Assembly (NCBI GenBank): GCA_947630035.1
Contig: CANRFW010000001.1
Span: forward strand, 1 to 63,895
DNA from: an uncultured Clostridia bacterium
GTDB taxonomy: Bacteria > Bacillota > Clostridia > Christensenellales > Borkfalkiaceae
Reading direction: 5' to 3'
DNA: 63,895 bases
The translations under genes and the position numbers were made by a program. Position 1 is the first letter of the stretch. Every line of letters begins with the position of its first letter. Shown one piece after another: positions 46,612-55,376 of the stretch. Under the pieces are notes generated by a model. The model had not been told where the DNA came from. It did no database searches and was given only the letters and a program-made list of their open reading frames with translations.

Positions 46612-47535
46612 TCAATCCCCTCCGTAATACACCTTGCGGTTGATTACCTTGAAGAACAGCCCCGTGAAGAGCAGGATGATGACGAACATGACCCATGCCT
46701 GCGCACAGGCGTAGCCCATCGTCTTGTTGCCCGTCGTATTGAAGGCGTTCGTCACGACGCTCATCGCCATGCTGATCGTACTCTCCGTGCCGAACCCCGT
46801 GAGGAGGACGATCTGCGTGTAAATTTGCAGCCCCCCGATGAATCCCACCACGAGCTGATAGAAGAGGGTGGGGGAGATAAAGGGGATGGTGATCGTAAGG
46901 AGCCGCCGCACGGGTCCCGCGCCCTCCAGCTCCGCCGCTTCGAGAAGCTCTTTCGGCACCCCTTGGAGGGCCGCGATGAAGAGGATCATGTTCGGCCCGA
47001 GGGTGGTGACGGTATTCATGAACATGATGGACCAGAGCGCGTTGTCGTAAGAGAGATACTCGATGGGGGGGATATGAAACAGCCCGAGGATGGTGTTGAA
47101 CAGGGAGCAGTCGTTGCTGAACAGTTGGAGCCACACGAGCGCGCCCGCCACTCCCGGGATGAGAGCGGGGAGATACACAAGCACGCGGACGAACTTGTTC
47201 GCAACAAACTTGCGGTTCAGCCACACCGATACGAGCAGGGCGGGGATGATCCCGAGGAGGGTCCCGACGATGGCATACAGGAAGGTGTTCCCGATGGATT
47301 TCACGAAGAGAGTATCCGCTGTGAACAGTTTGACGTAGTTGGTCACCCCGACCCATTTCTGCGAGTTGTTCGCAATGTTCAGGATGCTCATCTTGTTGAA
47401 GCTGTAATAGAGAGAGGAGATCATCGGGATAAGCGTAAAGAGCAGCAGCCCCACAAGGAAGGGGGAGATGAACAGGTAAAACCCGATGGTTTCTCTCGTA
47501 CTTTTTTTCAGCGGTTTCTTCATGCGGTTCACCAT
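46612..47535 (-). CDS. Carbohydrate ABC transporter permease (MalF-like)
   Basis: 307 aa with the EAA loop ELLEAAELEGAGPVRRLLTITIP. The start could instead be the ATG at 47523. Confidence 0.88.
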   Translation of the reverse strand: MVNRMKKPLKKSTRETIGFYLFISPFLVGLLLFTLIPMISSLYYSFNKMSILNIANNSQKWVGVTNYVKLFTADTLFVKSIGNTFLYAIVGTLLGIIPALLVSVWLNRKFVANKFVRVLVYLPALIPGVAGALVWLQLFSNDCSLFNTILGLFHIPPIEYLSYDNALWSIMFMNTVTTLGPNMILFIAALQGVPKELLEAAELEGAGPVRRLLTITIPFISPTLFYQLVVGFIGGLQIYTQIVLLTGFGTESTISMAMSVVTNAFNTTGNKTMGYACAQAWVMFVIILLFTGLFFKVINRKVYYGGD

Positions 47536-48929
47536 TCTTCAAGTTCTTCCTCTACGAGGTCGCAGAACTCCTTGAGGGTTGCGTTGAAATCCTGCTTGTC
47601 GCCGAAGTACTTCGCAAAGGGCGGCGAGAGGAGGGCGCTGAAGCGGTTGTAGGAGAGGAGGGGACTGAAGCGGAGCGGCTCGATGGTGTTCGCCTCGTTC
47701 GTCACGAACTCATACATATAATTGGTATAGGGTTCCATCTTCTCTACGCGGGGGTGCAGGAAGGCATCGCTCGCGGCAACCGATTTCAGCCCGGGCAGGT
47801 TGTAGCCCATGCCCACATACTCCGAAGAGCCGGCCGTCATGTAGTACTTGATGAACTCGAAGGCGACGTCGGGATACTTGCACGTCGCGCTGATCGAGTG
47901 CCCGACCATGGCGGACGTTGCGGCGTAGGCGCCCTTCGTCTTGTCGTACACGGGCGGCGGCGCAATGCCCACCTCGAAGGTTGCGTCGTAGAGCGCGTAC
48001 TGCGGGAAAGCATAGAGACCGTTCCACACCGACCAGATGGAGCCGTTCAGAAATTTCTCCATCCCGCCGCTCTCCGTCGCGCCCGTTGCATTGGGAGCGG
48101 GAGAGTTTTTCCCCTTTTGCAGTCTGCAGAAGTAGTTGAACGCCTTCGTCACGCCGCTATCGGGGTTGGGCACATTGCCGTTGAAGGTGAGGTTTACCTT
48201 TGTCCCGTCCGCCGTGAAGAGGGATTCGCCCGTCATCTGCACGAACTCCATGAGGTGCTTGTAGGGGACGAAGTCCATCGTCGTGCCCTGCACGCCCTTG
48301 TAGCCCGCGATCTTCATCGCAATGTCGTAGTACTCCTCCCAGCTCATCGGCTCCGTCTCGCTGATCGTGATAGGTTCGCTCGAATGGGCGGCATTGTACT
48401 CGTTGACGTAGGTCTTGTTGTAGATCAGCATGAAGTCGGGGGACCAGTCCTTCACGAGGGAATAGATCTTCCCGTCCTTGCTGTTCAATCCACCGCTTTC
48501 CGACCACTTGAACCAGTCGTTCACCTGCCACAGGTCGTCCTTTGCGATCCCGCCCTCCTTGCCGAGATAGCCGTCGAGGGGGAGAAGGTATCCCTGTTCG
48601 AGGTAGGAGGCGATCGTCCCCACCTCTTGCAGAACGATATCGGGGGCGCGGCTTCCTCCTGCGGCGTAGTCGGAGTCGAGGGACTGGTAATACTCGCTGC
48701 CCGTCGTCTCCACCTTGATCTTGTAGCCGTCCTCTTTGTGCAGGTCGTTGAAGGCGTCAACGATGCGCTGCACCCATGCCATCTGCGTTGCGTCGTTGCT
48801 GATGCGGTAGCGGAGTTCCTTGCCGCTCTTGCCGAACGTCTTCCCGCCTCCGCCCGAGTCGCATCCCGCGAGGGGAACGCACAACATGGTTACAGCGAGG
48901 GCGGCTGCGATCCAATGTTTGGGTTTCAT
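47529..48929 (-). CDS. Extracellular solute-binding lipoprotein of a sugar ABC importer
   Basis: 466 aa from MKPKHWIAAALAVTMLCVPLAGC (lipobox) after SD AAGGAGG. The upstream 48 codons of the tracked ORF are discounted. Confidence 0.85.
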   Translation of the reverse strand: MKPKHWIAAALAVTMLCVPLAGCDSGGGGKTFGKSGKELRYRISNDATQMAWVQRIVDAFNDLHKEDGYKIKVETTGSEYYQSLDSDYAAGGSRAPDIVLQEVGTIASYLEQGYLLPLDGYLGKEGGIAKDDLWQVNDWFKWSESGGLNSKDGKIYSLVKDWSPDFMLIYNKTYVNEYNAAHSSEPITISETEPMSWEEYYDIAMKIAGYKGVQGTTMDFVPYKHLMEFVQMTGESLFTADGTKVNLTFNGNVPNPDSGVTKAFNYFCRLQKGKNSPAPNATGATESGGMEKFLNGSIWSVWNGLYAFPQYALYDATFEVGIAPPPVYDKTKGAYAATSAMVGHSISATCKYPDVAFEFIKYYMTAGSSEYVGMGYNLPGLKSVAASDAFLHPRVEKMEPYTNYMYEFVTNEANTIEPLRFSPLLSYNRFSALLSPPFAKYFGDKQDFNATLKEFCDLVEEELEEW

Positions 48930-48951
48930 GGTTTCCTCCTTTTTTGGTTTT

Positions 48952-50718
48952 TTATTTCGAACGGTCATCCGATTCCATGTTTTCAAAGGGCTGTTCCCTG
49001 TATTCCTTGGGGGACATGCCGTGATATTTACGGAAAATGCGCGCGAAACTCGTGTAGTCCTCATACCCCACAAGCCCCGCGATCTGGTCGAGAGAATACT
49101 CCTTGGAGCGCATAAGCCCGAGCGCCTTTTCGAGGCGGACGCTCGTCAAATACTCCTTGGGGGAGACGCCCATCTTCTCGACGAACTTCTTGTAGAAGTG
49201 GCTCCGCGTGAAGCCGATATAGCTCGCAAGGTCCTCGATATGCAGTTCGGACATGTAGTTGGCGTGGATATACTCGACGGCGCGCTTTATCGCGCTGTTG
49301 TCGATGCCGTCGCGGGAGCCGGAGGGCGTCTCTCCCATCAGGGTGGAAAGGATGAGGTATAAATAGCCCATCATCTCATACTCGGCTGCGTCGCTCTTGC
49401 CCCGCCGCTCCACGATGGAGAGCATGTATTTCATGATCTGCTCGGGGTGGCGGACGCCCGAGACCCAGTGTCCCGCGCCGAAGCCGCACCGCTCGGCGAC
49501 CTCTTTCGCCTCCACGCCGCCGAAGCCCACCCAATAATATTTCCACGGGTTCTCGGGATTGGCGCCGTAAACGGTCTCCTCGCCCGGTTTCAGGAGGAAC
49601 ACTTGGTTTTTGTTGATATTGTAGCGCTCGTTGTTGACGGTGAGATACCCCGCCCCCGATTCGACGAAGTGCAGCACATAGTAGTACCGCTTTGCGGGGC
49701 CGTAACGGTGGAAGGGCGCGCACCGCTCCCAGCCGCACTCATGGATGGAGAGATCCATGTTGGGCCGCTTGGGCGCAAAGAAGAGCTGATAATCGTAGAC
49801 GGGGATATCCCCGGGTTTCAGTTCGCCGCACAGCGCCGCGACCGTGAACTCCTTCATCTGCCCCGTCTTGGCAGTCTCGAGGGCGCAGAGGACCTCTTTT
49901 CCCTCTCGGGTCTGGATGAGGCGCCCCTCGCCGTCCACCTCGAGTTTCAGGCTCGAAACCTTGAAGTGGAGGGGGAAGAAGAGCATCCACACGCAGATGA
50001 CGTCATAGAGAATGCTGCTGCTTACCTCGGCGTCGAACTTCTTGGCGGCGCTCCTGTCGCAGGCGTCCCAGATGCGGTACTGTTCCAACACCAGCCGCGC
50101 AAGACGGCTGTCCGAATCCTTCAGCCGCGCATACTCCTTCCCGTCGAGGATGAGGCCCCCGCACACGTCGAGGGGCAGAAGCACGATATTGAGATCGGCG
50201 GAGAGGAACTTTCTCGCCGCTTCGATATCGGTGACAATGTTGCACTCGGGCTCGGGGCCGGGGCGCCCGAAATACCCCTGCGCAATGCTCCCCGCCATCG
50301 CGATGATCTTCAGCGCGGCGTGCTTTTCGAAGAGATCGAGAACGTCGCAGAGGGAGGTGAAGGGCGCCATGCAAAGCACGGTCAGCTCCCCGTCGTCCGA
50401 AAGCACGTCGGCGTATGCGCCGCGGTAACTCTCGTATACCTTCCCGCGGTAGGAGGAGAGATCGTACCCCTCCGTGTAGCCCGCCATCGGGGTCGCGTCG
50501 TACCCGTAGGAGCGTCCGACGGCGATCGGGATATCGTCCCTGCCCGCCTCCGTCAGGAGTTTGGCGAGGAGGGCCGCCTTGTGCGGCGCGTTGCCCACCG
50601 TTACGGAAATCAGCCGGATGCGGACGTTGGGCAGGGCGAGCAGGGTGAGGATCGCCCACGTATCGTCGATATCGCCGCCGATATCCGTATCCACGATAAT
50701 GTCGTAAATTTTAGCCAT
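48952..50718 (-). CDS. Fusion protein: N-terminal nucleoside-hydrolase-like domain plus an AraC-family cupin/HTH regulator
   Basis: One 588-aa ORF. The N-terminus is IVDTDIGGDIDDTWAILTLL. The middle is cupin-like (YYYVLHFVESGAGYL). The C-terminus is a double AraC HTH (...GYEDYTSFARIFRKYHGMSPKEYR). Confidence 0.75.
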   Translation of the reverse strand: MAKIYDIIVDTDIGGDIDDTWAILTLLALPNVRIRLISVTVGNAPHKAALLAKLLTEAGRDDIPIAVGRSYGYDATPMAGYTEGYDLSSYRGKVYESYRGAYADVLSDDGELTVLCMAPFTSLCDVLDLFEKHAALKIIAMAGSIAQGYFGRPGPEPECNIVTDIEAARKFLSADLNIVLLPLDVCGGLILDGKEYARLKDSDSRLARLVLEQYRIWDACDRSAAKKFDAEVSSSILYDVICVWMLFFPLHFKVSSLKLEVDGEGRLIQTREGKEVLCALETAKTGQMKEFTVAALCGELKPGDIPVYDYQLFFAPKRPNMDLSIHECGWERCAPFHRYGPAKRYYYVLHFVESGAGYLTVNNERYNINKNQVFLLKPGEETVYGANPENPWKYYWVGFGGVEAKEVAERCGFGAGHWVSGVRHPEQIMKYMLSIVERRGKSDAAEYEMMGYLYLILSTLMGETPSGSRDGIDNSAIKRAVEYIHANYMSELHIEDLASYIGFTRSHFYKKFVEKMGVSPKEYLTSVRLEKALGLMRSKEYSLDQIAGLVGYEDYTSFARIFRKYHGMSPKEYREQPFENMESDDRSK

Positions 50719-53098
50719 GTTGTTTTTCTCCGTTTGCTCTTCCGAGGTCGAGGATCATCCCCTCGCGCGGGCCGTTCCCGTCGCAGAGATAGACGTCTGC
50801 GGGGACGGCGTTCTCCGCAAAGAGCGCATAAATTTTTACCGTCTTGCCCTCCGAATCGGGGGAAAGGGGCAGGAAAAACGTGTAATTCCCCTCGACGGGA
50901 TGGACGGGATATTCATAGGGATTCGCGTAATACGCGGGCGCGCGGGAGGGAAAGGCGCGGCGCACGCCCGCGATCTCCGCACAGCACACAACGTTCTCGT
51001 TGCCCGTCTTTCCCTCGATCGCAACCGCGAGGTAGGGATGGAGGGGGAGCTTCGGGAGGACGAATTCCCCGAGGGAGACCGCCTTCGGCTTCTTCCTTCC
51101 GTAAGGGGGGAAGAGGTTGTTGAGACGGGGCGCGGGGGGAAGAAGTTCCTCCTCGCCGCGGAACACGCGGACGGAGAAGATATGGTCGACGGGTTCGGGG
51201 ATGCGCAGGTAGCGGAAGGGCGCAACGCGGTACGAGATCAGCTTGCGCAATCCCGTCGCGCGGCATAACTCGTCGCGGTAAAAGGCGAAGTAGTTGAGTT
51301 CCTGGTCGCGGAGGACGGTCACGCCGAGAAGGGGCGCGCCCATCCAATCCCGGAGATTGGCCGAGATCTCGGCGTTATCTTGCACCGTCTGCGGGTCGAA
51401 GTGGCCGCCGTAGCTCCCGTCCGCCTCGAAGTATTCGATCTCGACGCGGTCGGCGTCCATCATCCCGCCGAAGTCGGCGCGCAGGCCCCCGCCCTCGATG
51501 CGGCACCCCCGCGAGAAGGCGATATAGGTGCGGGACTTGGTGTCGTACACCGTCTCGGGGTCCCCGTCAAAGGGGATATCCCCGTCCAGCCCGCGGAGAA
51601 CATAGGAGGGCTGGCGGAAGAAGGCCTCGCGCGCGGCGCGCACTTCGGGAATGCGCGACTGCCCCGAACGGCGGAGGGACCGCTTTTCCAGGGAATCGTT
51701 GTCCGCCCCGAAATACGCCGTCTCGCAGAGCGCCTCCGCATCCGCGGGAATCGCCCCGCCCGCAAGACTGCCCAGCTTCAGGGGGGGAAGGAGGGTCGTG
51801 TCGAAAGGGGCGGGGCGGGCGATCTCGCGCATACTCCCGTCCGCGGGGCCGAGCATGCACACGGGGCCGGAAGCGGAGAGGAGGTTGACGCGGTCGGGCA
51901 TGCCGTCCGTCTCATGGAGAACGGCATACTCGCAGCCGGTGAGTTGAGGATCGGCGATCGCCGCATCGCACAGTTCGATGAGGACGACGCGGAAGGCGGG
52001 GATCTCGATCTTTGCGCTCTCTCCGTAGGAGAAGGTGCCGATATATTTTTCGGTGGGGAAGCGGCGGGTCACGCACACCCGTCCGCATCTCTCAAGCCCG
52101 AGGGTCTTATCGAGTTTCAGGGAAATAAGAAGGGGCTTCCAGCTCGCGTTGCCCGCCGAGAAAAAGCGGCGGCGGCCGTCTCCCCGCACGGCGGGGTTGT
52201 TGCCGAGGTCACCCGCGGGGAGCATGCCGTCCACGAGGATCTCGCGGTGGCGGCGGTGGAAGTTGAAGATCCGCGCAAGGAGGGGAAGCTCGTCGTCCCG
52301 CAACAGCCACGGGTTGCCGTAGATCTCGGGCGCAAGGATGAGGGAGCGGTTGAAGGCTTGGTAAACGAGGTCGTCCTCGAAATAGTCCAAAGAGGCGGAG
52401 AGACTCACGCCGTGGTCCTCGGTGAGGCGGTTGAGGTTGGGGGTATGCCCGCGGAAAAAGGTGTAGGCACGGTTGTGGGGAGCGGTGACGGGGTTGTAGG
52501 CATGCACGTCCACATAGGTCTCCTGCCCGTCCCAAAGGCTGGTTGTGGCATACACGTCCGCCTCGCCGAAATCCCCGCGGTGGTTCAGAAGGATGAGATC
52601 GGGGGAGTGCATACGGCATTCCCGCATCGTCTTGGCGAACTCCTCCCGCATGGGCGCGCGGAGGGAATCGCACACCGTATCGAATTTGAAGAGCGCCCAG
52701 TGGTAGTCCCTGCACAGGGAGACGAGCAGATCCCGCCGCGCCTCCGCCTCCTCGGGGGTGGCGCCGTACCCGTCGGGACCGCCCCACACACCCATGCGGA
52801 TCTCGGAGGCCGCCGCCGCTTCCACCACGGGGGAGTAGCCGTTCGGGTATTGCTTGCTCAATTTCTCCCCGTCGGGCCGCTCGTAGGAGCCGCACGCCCC
52901 GTCCAAATTGCCCGCGTCCCACGCGTAGATATCGAGCTGCATCCCGTAGGTCTCTTTCATGTAGCGGAAAAACGCAAGGTTGACGAGGGATTGCGCTTCC
53001 GTCGAGCCTTCGTTCGTGTTGTTGATCCAGGAAAAGTATTCGCTCCGCGAAGGCGTCCTCTCGTCCGCACCCGCGGTCAGCCTTGTCTTCTCGGCCAT
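50711..53098 (-). CDS. Large cytoplasmic glycoside-hydrolase-like protein, family not recognised
   Basis: 795 aa with SD AAGGAG and no signal peptide. The N-terminal SEYFSWINNTNEGSTE...LDIYAWDAGNLDG looks like a TIM-barrel glycosidase. It is the first gene of the locus. Confidence 0.5.
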   Translation of the reverse strand: MAEKTRLTAGADERTPSRSEYFSWINNTNEGSTEAQSLVNLAFFRYMKETYGMQLDIYAWDAGNLDGACGSYERPDGEKLSKQYPNGYSPVVEAAAASEIRMGVWGGPDGYGATPEEAEARRDLLVSLCRDYHWALFKFDTVCDSLRAPMREEFAKTMRECRMHSPDLILLNHRGDFGEADVYATTSLWDGQETYVDVHAYNPVTAPHNRAYTFFRGHTPNLNRLTEDHGVSLSASLDYFEDDLVYQAFNRSLILAPEIYGNPWLLRDDELPLLARIFNFHRRHREILVDGMLPAGDLGNNPAVRGDGRRRFFSAGNASWKPLLISLKLDKTLGLERCGRVCVTRRFPTEKYIGTFSYGESAKIEIPAFRVVLIELCDAAIADPQLTGCEYAVLHETDGMPDRVNLLSASGPVCMLGPADGSMREIARPAPFDTTLLPPLKLGSLAGGAIPADAEALCETAYFGADNDSLEKRSLRRSGQSRIPEVRAAREAFFRQPSYVLRGLDGDIPFDGDPETVYDTKSRTYIAFSRGCRIEGGGLRADFGGMMDADRVEIEYFEADGSYGGHFDPQTVQDNAEISANLRDWMGAPLLGVTVLRDQELNYFAFYRDELCRATGLRKLISYRVAPFRYLRIPEPVDHIFSVRVFRGEEELLPPAPRLNNLFPPYGRKKPKAVSLGEFVLPKLPLHPYLAVAIEGKTGNENVVCCAEIAGVRRAFPSRAPAYYANPYEYPVHPVEGNYTFFLPLSPDSEGKTVKIYALFAENAVPADVYLCDGNGPREGMILDLGRANGEKQHG

Positions 53099-53395
53099 GA
53101 CCGCTCCTTAAATGTACTTTTTTCACAATTCATTATAAATTCAAACAAGAGCTTTGAACAGAACTTTTTGTTGCGAGGAGTATGCAAAATGTTTCCTGTT
53201 CCTTGGTTTTTGTTTTCAAAAAAATCAAAAGTTCGGGTAAAAAGAACACATTGTTACCTATTTTGCCTTTTTTACGGGGGAAGGGGAGGGGAAAATGTGT
53301 CATGAAACAAAATGTAAAGTTTTGACGAAAACACGGGGAAATCAACAATATGTAATTTTTTTGATACTTTTGTTGCATCGTCTTTGTTGCAAGCA

Positions 53396-53429
53396 AAAGA
53401 AAAACCCCCGCGTCCTTGGGACACGGGGG
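53396..53429 (-). terminator. Rho-independent terminator of the ADP-ribosylglycohydrolase operon
   Basis: The minus strand carries the hairpin CCCCCGTGTCC/GGACGCGGGGG followed by a T-rich run, 14 nt after the stop. Confidence 0.7.
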
Positions 53430-53442
53430 AGCTTCGGAATTT

Positions 53443-54387
53443 TCAGAGGGATAAAAGTTTTTCGCAGAAATTTTGCGCGGTTTCTTCGAGGTATTCCTTT
53501 CTGCAGAGGGCGTTGCGCCACTCTTCGGGGATGCCCTCATAGCCGTAGAGAAGGCCCGCAAGGCTCCCCGCCACCGCCCCGACCGAGTCGGTGTCCAGCC
53601 CGAGGTTCACGGCTTTTAAGATGCAGCTGCGGAAGTCGTCCGCCGTGAGTACGCACCAGAGCGCGGCCTCCAACGTATCTGCCACATACCCGCTGCTCGC
53701 GATCTCCTCCCGCGCAAGGGAGGGGAAGTTTTCTCCGAAGAGACGGCGGTAGGCTTGGAGTTCGGGTTCGTCTCCGTAATATTTTTCGGCAATTTTCAAA
53801 CCCTTCTTTATGCTCTCCTTCGCGGGGTTTTCGAGGAGTTCCCACAGGACGAAGGAATAGATGCCGCACCCGACGCAGCTCCGCGGGTGGGCATGGGTGA
53901 GGGCGGACGCGCGATGAATACGGGAGATCTTCCCGTCCAACGGGAAATCGGAACAAAAGAGGTAGAGGGCGAAGGGGTAGATGCGCATGAGCGACCCGTT
54001 GCCGTTCTCGTCTTCCCCGCGGCATCCGCACGCCTCCGCCTCCGTCCCGCGGCACGAGCGCTCGATCGCTTTGCGGCAGGCGCCGCCCACGTCGAACGCC
54101 CTGCCCGTCGGCGTAAATTCGCCCCCATATAGCCATTTTCGGAAATTTTCCATCACCGCTTCGAAGTCAAGCCCGTGCTTTGTGAGGGCGTCCATGGCGC
54201 AGAGGGACATGCTCGTATCGTCCGACCACGCCCCTTTGGGCAGTCCGCAGCCGAACGCCGTCATATCGGTTACGGGCCGCCTGTCGCGCTCCGCCCGCTC
54301 TTCGAACTGCGCCGGTCCTCCCACGGCATCCCCCGCCGCATGCCCGAAGACGATTGCCCGCACTTTCTCCGGGAGTTCTTCTTTCAT
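53443..54387 (-). CDS. ADP-ribosylglycohydrolase family protein
   Basis: 314 aa with motifs GHAAGDAVGGPAQF, WSDDTSMSL and GLDTDSVGAVAGSLAG. Confidence 0.88.
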   Translation of the reverse strand: MKEELPEKVRAIVFGHAAGDAVGGPAQFEERAERDRRPVTDMTAFGCGLPKGAWSDDTSMSLCAMDALTKHGLDFEAVMENFRKWLYGGEFTPTGRAFDVGGACRKAIERSCRGTEAEACGCRGEDENGNGSLMRIYPFALYLFCSDFPLDGKISRIHRASALTHAHPRSCVGCGIYSFVLWELLENPAKESIKKGLKIAEKYYGDEPELQAYRRLFGENFPSLAREEIASSGYVADTLEAALWCVLTADDFRSCILKAVNLGLDTDSVGAVAGSLAGLLYGYEGIPEEWRNALCRKEYLEETAQNFCEKLLSL

Positions 54388-54417
54388 ATCGCTCTCCTTG
54401 TCGTTTTCAGCCGCACC

Positions 54418-55176
54418 TCAGCCGATTGGCACCGCGCGGAAGGCAATGTCAACGTCCCTGTAGCCCGTCATGTATCCGAAACGGAGGTCGCCGTTGCCCT
54501 TTTCCGCCTCTTGATACGGCTCGCCGTCAACGTACATAACGACCTTGTATCCCTCGGGTGTATCAATATAATAAATCAACTCCGTCGCCGCCATGAAGGT
54601 GTCCTCCGTCTCAACGGTGAATCGGATATTTTCATCGGCGGTCACGCGGCAGTTGTATTGAAAACGGTGATGGGGAACGGGGCTTTCCGTCCCCGCCGAT
54701 AAAAACGCAAGGGTCGCGCTGTCCGCCTCGCCGCCCAATCGGTACCCGATCTTCAGTTCGTCCGCCGTGCGGTCGCCGTCGCGGTCGATAAGCTGCAGCG
54801 TAACGTCGGAAAGCCCAAGCTCGCTCTTCGGGTTTTTCATTTTGTAAGTATCCGTCGTGCGGGCGTCCTTTGCGACCAATTCCGTAAACGCCGCAAGGTC
54901 GTTCCCGTTGCCCTCGCTGAAGACAAGGTTGACGTGGTAGGGGGTGAAGAACTTCGTATCGATCGTGGAAAGATCCTTCACGCAGTCCTCTTTCGTCTTG
55001 ATATACTGCCCGCGGTCCATCTCCGCGAATTCCACGCTGATCGTGAGGCCGGGGTCATGCTCCGCCGTCCCCTGAAAGAGGCCCTCCTTCAGGGAGATTT
55101 CAAATTGTTTGGGCGCCGCACAGCCCGTAAGCATAAGCCCCAGGGCGAGCGGGAGACACAGAAACGCCTTTTTCAT
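54418..55176 (-). CDS. Hypothetical lipoprotein
   Basis: 252 aa with signal/lipobox MKKAFLCLPLALGLMLTGC and SD GGAGGTG. No family recognised. Confidence 0.7.
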   Translation of the reverse strand: MKKAFLCLPLALGLMLTGCAAPKQFEISLKEGLFQGTAEHDPGLTISVEFAEMDRGQYIKTKEDCVKDLSTIDTKFFTPYHVNLVFSEGNGNDLAAFTELVAKDARTTDTYKMKNPKSELGLSDVTLQLIDRDGDRTADELKIGYRLGGEADSATLAFLSAGTESPVPHHRFQYNCRVTADENIRFTVETEDTFMAATELIYYIDTPEGYKVVMYVDGEPYQEAEKGNGDLRFGYMTGYRDVDIAFRAVPIG

Positions 55177-55287
55177 ACCCCACCTCCGCCTCCATTATAC
55201 CACGGGGGACGGCGCAAATCAAGCCCTGCGCGAAAAATGCCGCGCAAAGCCGCTTGCCCCGCACCCGCCGCGGACTCCCGCCCGCGG

Positions 55288-55316
55288 TTGACAAATGGGG
55301 GAAAGCGTGCTATGAT
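55288..55316 (+). promoter_or_regulatory. Sigma-A type promoter (extended -10)
   Basis: TTGACA (55288-55293), 17-nt spacer, TGcTATGAT (to 55316). Confidence 0.6.
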
Positions 55317-55376
55317 TAGGAGAAAAAAAGCCGCCGTGCGGGGAAGCGGGCGGCGCGCCATGCAAAGGAGAGGGAG

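Noticed and set aside
53133-53648. ORFs 53133..53561(-) and 53295..53648(+) in the AT-rich control region.
   Set aside because: They cross a terminator hairpin and the 3' end of the ADP-ribosylglycohydrolase gene. They have no SD, and their composition reflects A/T tracts rather than coding bias.
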